A DNA stretch of 64,000 nucleotides from Azolla caroliniana. Its lineage: Eukaryota > Plantae > Polypodiophyta. Positions 60,464 through 64,000 of the stretch are shown here, piece by piece (within the stretch, counting starts at the first letter, position 1; each line of letters begins with the position of its first letter). Made by a program: the position numbers and the translations under genes. The notes beneath the pieces are model-generated. The model was not told the DNA's origin. It saw only the letters and a list, made by a program, of their open reading frames with translations, and searched no databases. The DNA is taken from positions 19,902,001 through 19,966,000 of the forward strand of contig JBHGNT010000015.1 in assembly GCA_043228905.1 (NCBI GenBank), given 5' to 3'.

Positions 60464-63400
60464 TCACTCTCTTAGTAATTTTCCTCTAGTTTCCACTTCC
60501 ACTTGAAAAGCAGCAAATGCAAGGATATTTCTGAGACACACATACGTGGCAGCACACTTCTCGTCCAATTGTATTGATCGGTTGAATGCCCATCTCCCAA
60601 GATCCACGTTTACCCACTTGCAACAGGCGCCCAAAAGAGTTGACCACAAAGGTAGCTGATCAGAACAAGGTACTGATTCAATCATAAGCACGGCTTCGAC
60701 AAAGCATCCAGCACGCCCAAAGAGATCGACCATACAATTGTAGTGTTCATAAGTTGGAGTGATAGAGTATATTGAACACATGTCATTGAAGATCATTTGG
60801 CCCTCGTCTAGGAGGCCTCTATGACTACATGCACTCAAAAGGACGAGGAAAGTTACTGAATCTGGTAAGACACCTTGGACAGTTAGTTGTCTGAACAAGA
60901 CTGAAACCATCTGGGCCTCACCGAACTGTGCATAACCGGCCATAAGTGCAGTCCAACAAGCAAGATTTGGCAGAGGAATCTCATTAAACACTCCTTGTGC
61001 TTTCCTAAGCAGTCCACACTTGGCATACATATCCACCAATGCAGTGCCAAGTGCAATATCTATATCCTTTTCTTGTACTAAACCCCCCCTTCGGCACACC
61101 TCCTTATGGATTTCTTCACCAATATCTAGAAGCCCCATGTTGGCACAAGATTTTAAAACTAAAATAAAGGTAATTGCATCAGGAGAGAACCCCTCTCCAC
61201 ACATTACATGGAATAATTTCACAACTTCATCATCAAGCCCATGTTGAGCATATCCTGCAATCAATGTATTCCATGTTGTGGTGTTTCGTATCAGAAGCTT
61301 GTTGAGTATGTCTTGTGCTTCCTCGAATCTACCACATTTGGCATACATGTCCAACAATGCGGTGCTTAGAACAACATCCTTCTCTAATAAACCCAGTCTA
61401 TTGGCAGATGCATGTATCTCTCTCCCCATATCTACCAATCCGTGACTTCCACAGGCTTTCAAAATGCAAATAAATGTGACTCCATCTGGGGAAAGACCAT
61501 CATTTACCATCTGTTGGAAAAACGTCATGGCCTTGTCACCAAACCCTTGTTGAGCATAACCCATTATCAACACAGTCCAAGAAATAACATTCTTTACTGG
61601 TAGTGCTTCAAATGTTTCTTGTGCTCTTGCTAATGAGCCACACTTGACATACATATCTAGTAATGCATTGCTGAGAACCATGTTCTTTGCTAATAAGCCT
61701 TGCTTCTGGACTTCAGCATATATCTCTTCTCCAATCTCAAGGGATCCTTTGTTGCCACACGCTTTTAAAACACAGGTAAAGGTTACTGCATCTGGAGATA
61801 AGCCTTCATTTCGCATAAGCTTGAAACAACTGAGGGCTAAATCATCAAAACCATGCTCTACATACCCAGAGATTAGAGCAGTCCACGATGAAACATCCCT
61901 AAGTGGAAGCTCATGGAATACTTCTTGTGCTTTTTCCAACGCACCAAGTTTAGCATACATATCCACCAATGCCGTGCCAACTGCAATATCTTTTTCTAGT
62001 AATCCATGTTTTCGAATCTGACCATATATCTCTTCTCCCACCTCAATTTTTCCTATGATTTGACAAGCTTTTAAGGTGCAAAGGAAAGTACCCACATCTG
62101 GGGATATACCCTCATCTTGCATCTTATTGAAACACTTAAGAGCTTCTTCACCAGCCCCATATTGAGTGTATCCAGCAATCAATGCATTCCAAGTTACAAC
62201 ATTCCGTACTTGAAGATCTTCAAAGACTTCCAGTGCACTTTTTAGGACACCGCATTTGGCATACATGTCCACCAACGATGTTCCAAGCACAACATCTTTT
62301 TCTATTAACCCCATCCTGCTGAGTTTGGAATGTATCTCTTGGCCTACCTGAATAGACCCAATGTTCCCACAAGCTTTCAAAACGCAGACAAAAGTAATCA
62401 CATCAGGTGAAATGCCCCCCTCAAGCATCTTCCTGAAGCAGTGAAGAGCTTTCTCAGCGGGTCCTTGCTGAGCATAGCCACCAATAAGAGTGTTCCAAGT
62501 CACAATATTCCGTCCCAAAAGTTTATCAAAAACTTCTTCTGCCTTTTCAATAGCACAACACCTACAATACATGTCAACCAAAGCTGTGCCAATCAAAATG
62601 TCTTTTCCCAATGAGTCGTGCTTGCTAATCTCTGCATGTATCTCTTCTCCCATCTGGAGAGATCCAATGGTGCTGCAAGCCTTCAAAATGCAAGTAAAAG
62701 TAATTGAATCTGGGAATATGCCTTCAAGAAGCATTTTCCTGAAGCAGTCCAGAGCATCATTCACAAGCCCATGCTGGACATATCCAGTTATCAGGGCAGT
62801 CCAAGTTACTATATTCCTTTTTGGAAGCTCATTAAACACATTTTGTGCTTTACCAAGAAGGCCACACTTAACATACATGTCCACCAACGTCGTGCCGAGC
62901 CCAATGTCTTTTTGCAATAAACCCCTCTCACTAACATGAGCATGTATCTCCTCTCCCATCTCGAGTAATCCCATCCTACTGATAGCTTTCAAAATGCAAA
63001 TAAAAGTGACCGCATTTGGGGAACACCCCTCATCTTGCATTAACTTGTAGCATTTCAGAGCTTTATCACCAAGTCCATGGTGTATAAATCCAGATATCAA
63101 AGCATTCCAGGTCACAACATTCCTTTTCGGAAGCTCATCAAATACTTCCTGAGCTCTTGCTAATTCCCCACATTTAGCATACATATCTACCAATGTGGTA
63201 TCAAGTATAATGTCTTTTCCCAGAAGCCCTAGATTACAAACTTTGGCACATATCTCTTCCCCAATGTCGAGAGATCCTATGACTGAACAAGCTTTCAAAG
63301 TGCAAATGAAGGTAACTATGTTCGGGGAGATACTCTTGCTTTCCATTTTCCTAAAGCAATTCAAAGCTTCATGGCCCAGGCCATTTTGAGCATATCCATT

Positions 63401-63997
63401 TATTAGTGTATTCCAAGCCACCACATCTGCCACTTGAATCCCATCAAATACATATTGTGCTTTCCTCATCAGACCAAATTTCGCATACATATCCACTAAA
63501 GTTGTGCAAAGTATGATGTCGTTATCCAACAAACCATGTTTTCTCGCCTCAAAATGTATAAATTCTCCGATTGGAAGAGACTTACAACACCTCAAAATGC
63601 AAATGAAGGTAACTGAATTCGGGGATATATTCTCATTTTGCATAGTTTTAAGAAAATTTAAAGCTTCCGCAACCATACCATTTTGGGCATATCCTGAAAT
63701 CAATGCATTCCATGATACAACATTTCGGTTCAAAACTTCATCAAATGCTTTTTTGGCTTCTCGAATGGCACCGCATTTGGCATACATAGTAATAAGGGCA
63801 TTATTAACATGGATATCATTGTTATGCAATTTCTTTTCATGAATATAAGTGTGAATTTTTCTGGCTTTGGTCAAGTCCTTACTTCTCCCACAAGATTTCA
63901 TCAACTCTACCATAGCCTTAGGATTCTCGAGACTTTTCCGTGGAAAGGGAAGCTCTTCAGTATTGAGAGGAGGAAGAGGAGACACAGAAGACTGCAT
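60464..63997 (-). CDS. PLS-class PPR protein with E domain, no DYW; >=1177 aa, intronless (N-terminus may extend beyond window)
   Basis: About 10 regular PLS triplets (ALVDMYAKCG / NVVTWNALI.GY / PD.VTF.C.LKAC). C-terminal EHYNCMVDLFGRAG..LWSTLLGAC. The frame is open to the window edge. Confidence 0.95.
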   Translation of the reverse strand: MQSSVSPLPPLNTEELPFPRKSLENPKAMVELMKSCGRSKDLTKARKIHTYIHEKKLHNNDIHVNNALITMYAKCGAIREAKKAFDEVLNRNVVSWNALISGYAQNGMVAEALNFLKTMQNENISPNSVTFICILRCCKSLPIGEFIHFEARKHGLLDNDIILCTTLVDMYAKFGLMRKAQYVFDGIQVADVVAWNTLINGYAQNGLGHEALNCFRKMESKSISPNIVTFICTLKACSVIGSLDIGEEICAKVCNLGLLGKDIILDTTLVDMYAKCGELARAQEVFDELPKRNVVTWNALISGFIHHGLGDKALKCYKLMQDEGCSPNAVTFICILKAISRMGLLEMGEEIHAHVSERGLLQKDIGLGTTLVDMYVKCGLLGKAQNVFNELPKRNIVTWTALITGYVQHGLVNDALDCFRKMLLEGIFPDSITFTCILKACSTIGSLQMGEEIHAEISKHDSLGKDILIGTALVDMYCRCCAIEKAEEVFDKLLGRNIVTWNTLIGGYAQQGPAEKALHCFRKMLEGGISPDVITFVCVLKACGNIGSIQVGQEIHSKLSRMGLIEKDVVLGTSLVDMYAKCGVLKSALEVFEDLQVRNVVTWNALIAGYTQYGAGEEALKCFNKMQDEGISPDVGTFLCTLKACQIIGKIEVGEEIYGQIRKHGLLEKDIAVGTALVDMYAKLGALEKAQEVFHELPLRDVSSWTALISGYVEHGFDDLALSCFKLMRNEGLSPDAVTFTCVLKACGNKGSLEIGEEIYAEVQKQGLLAKNMVLSNALLDMYVKCGSLARAQETFEALPVKNVISWTVLIMGYAQQGFGDKAMTFFQQMVNDGLSPDGVTFICILKACGSHGLVDMGREIHASANRLGLLEKDVVLSTALLDMYAKCGRFEEAQDILNKLLIRNTTTWNTLIAGYAQHGLDDEVVKLFHVMCGEGFSPDAITFILVLKSCANMGLLDIGEEIHKEVCRRGGLVQEKDIDIALGTALVDMYAKCGLLRKAQGVFNEIPLPNLACWTALMAGYAQFGEAQMVSVLFRQLTVQGVLPDSVTFLVLLSACSHRGLLDEGQMIFNDMCSIYSITPTYEHYNCMVDLFGRAGCFVEAVLMIESVPCSDQLPLWSTLLGACCKWVNVDLGRWAFNRSIQLDEKCAATYVCLRNILAFAAFQVEVETRGKLLRE

Positions 63998-64000
63998 CTT

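Noticed and set aside
61020-63842. Antisense ORFs within the PPR genes (also 35558-37593)
   Set aside because: Shadow ORFs of the repetitive PPR coding strand.

Overview
Eukaryotic, AT-rich land-plant nuclear DNA. It is most likely a fern or other plant with flagellated sperm; this is inferred from an intact CCDC39 axonemal gene alongside long intronless PLS-class PPR genes. Seven protein-coding genes can be assembled by hand: a conserved uncharacterised signal-peptide protein (-), mitoribosomal mL40-like (-), phospholipase D delta-like (-, 10 coding exons), two PLS-E PPR proteins, CCDC39/FAP59 (+, 16 exons) and a small 4-exon plastid-targeted protein of unknown function (+). Intergenic and intronic DNA holds LINE, copia and solo-LTR remnants, MITEs, gene-fragment pseudogenes and many local tandem duplications. 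The most striking non-genic feature is a complete ~709-bp tRNA-headed, VNTR-containing SINE-like element with an 18-bp target-site duplication (53490-54198). Other tRNA-like Pol III heads sit next to repeat arrays elsewhere in the window. Gene and family names rest on recalled motifs, not database searches, and all coordinates were read by eye.
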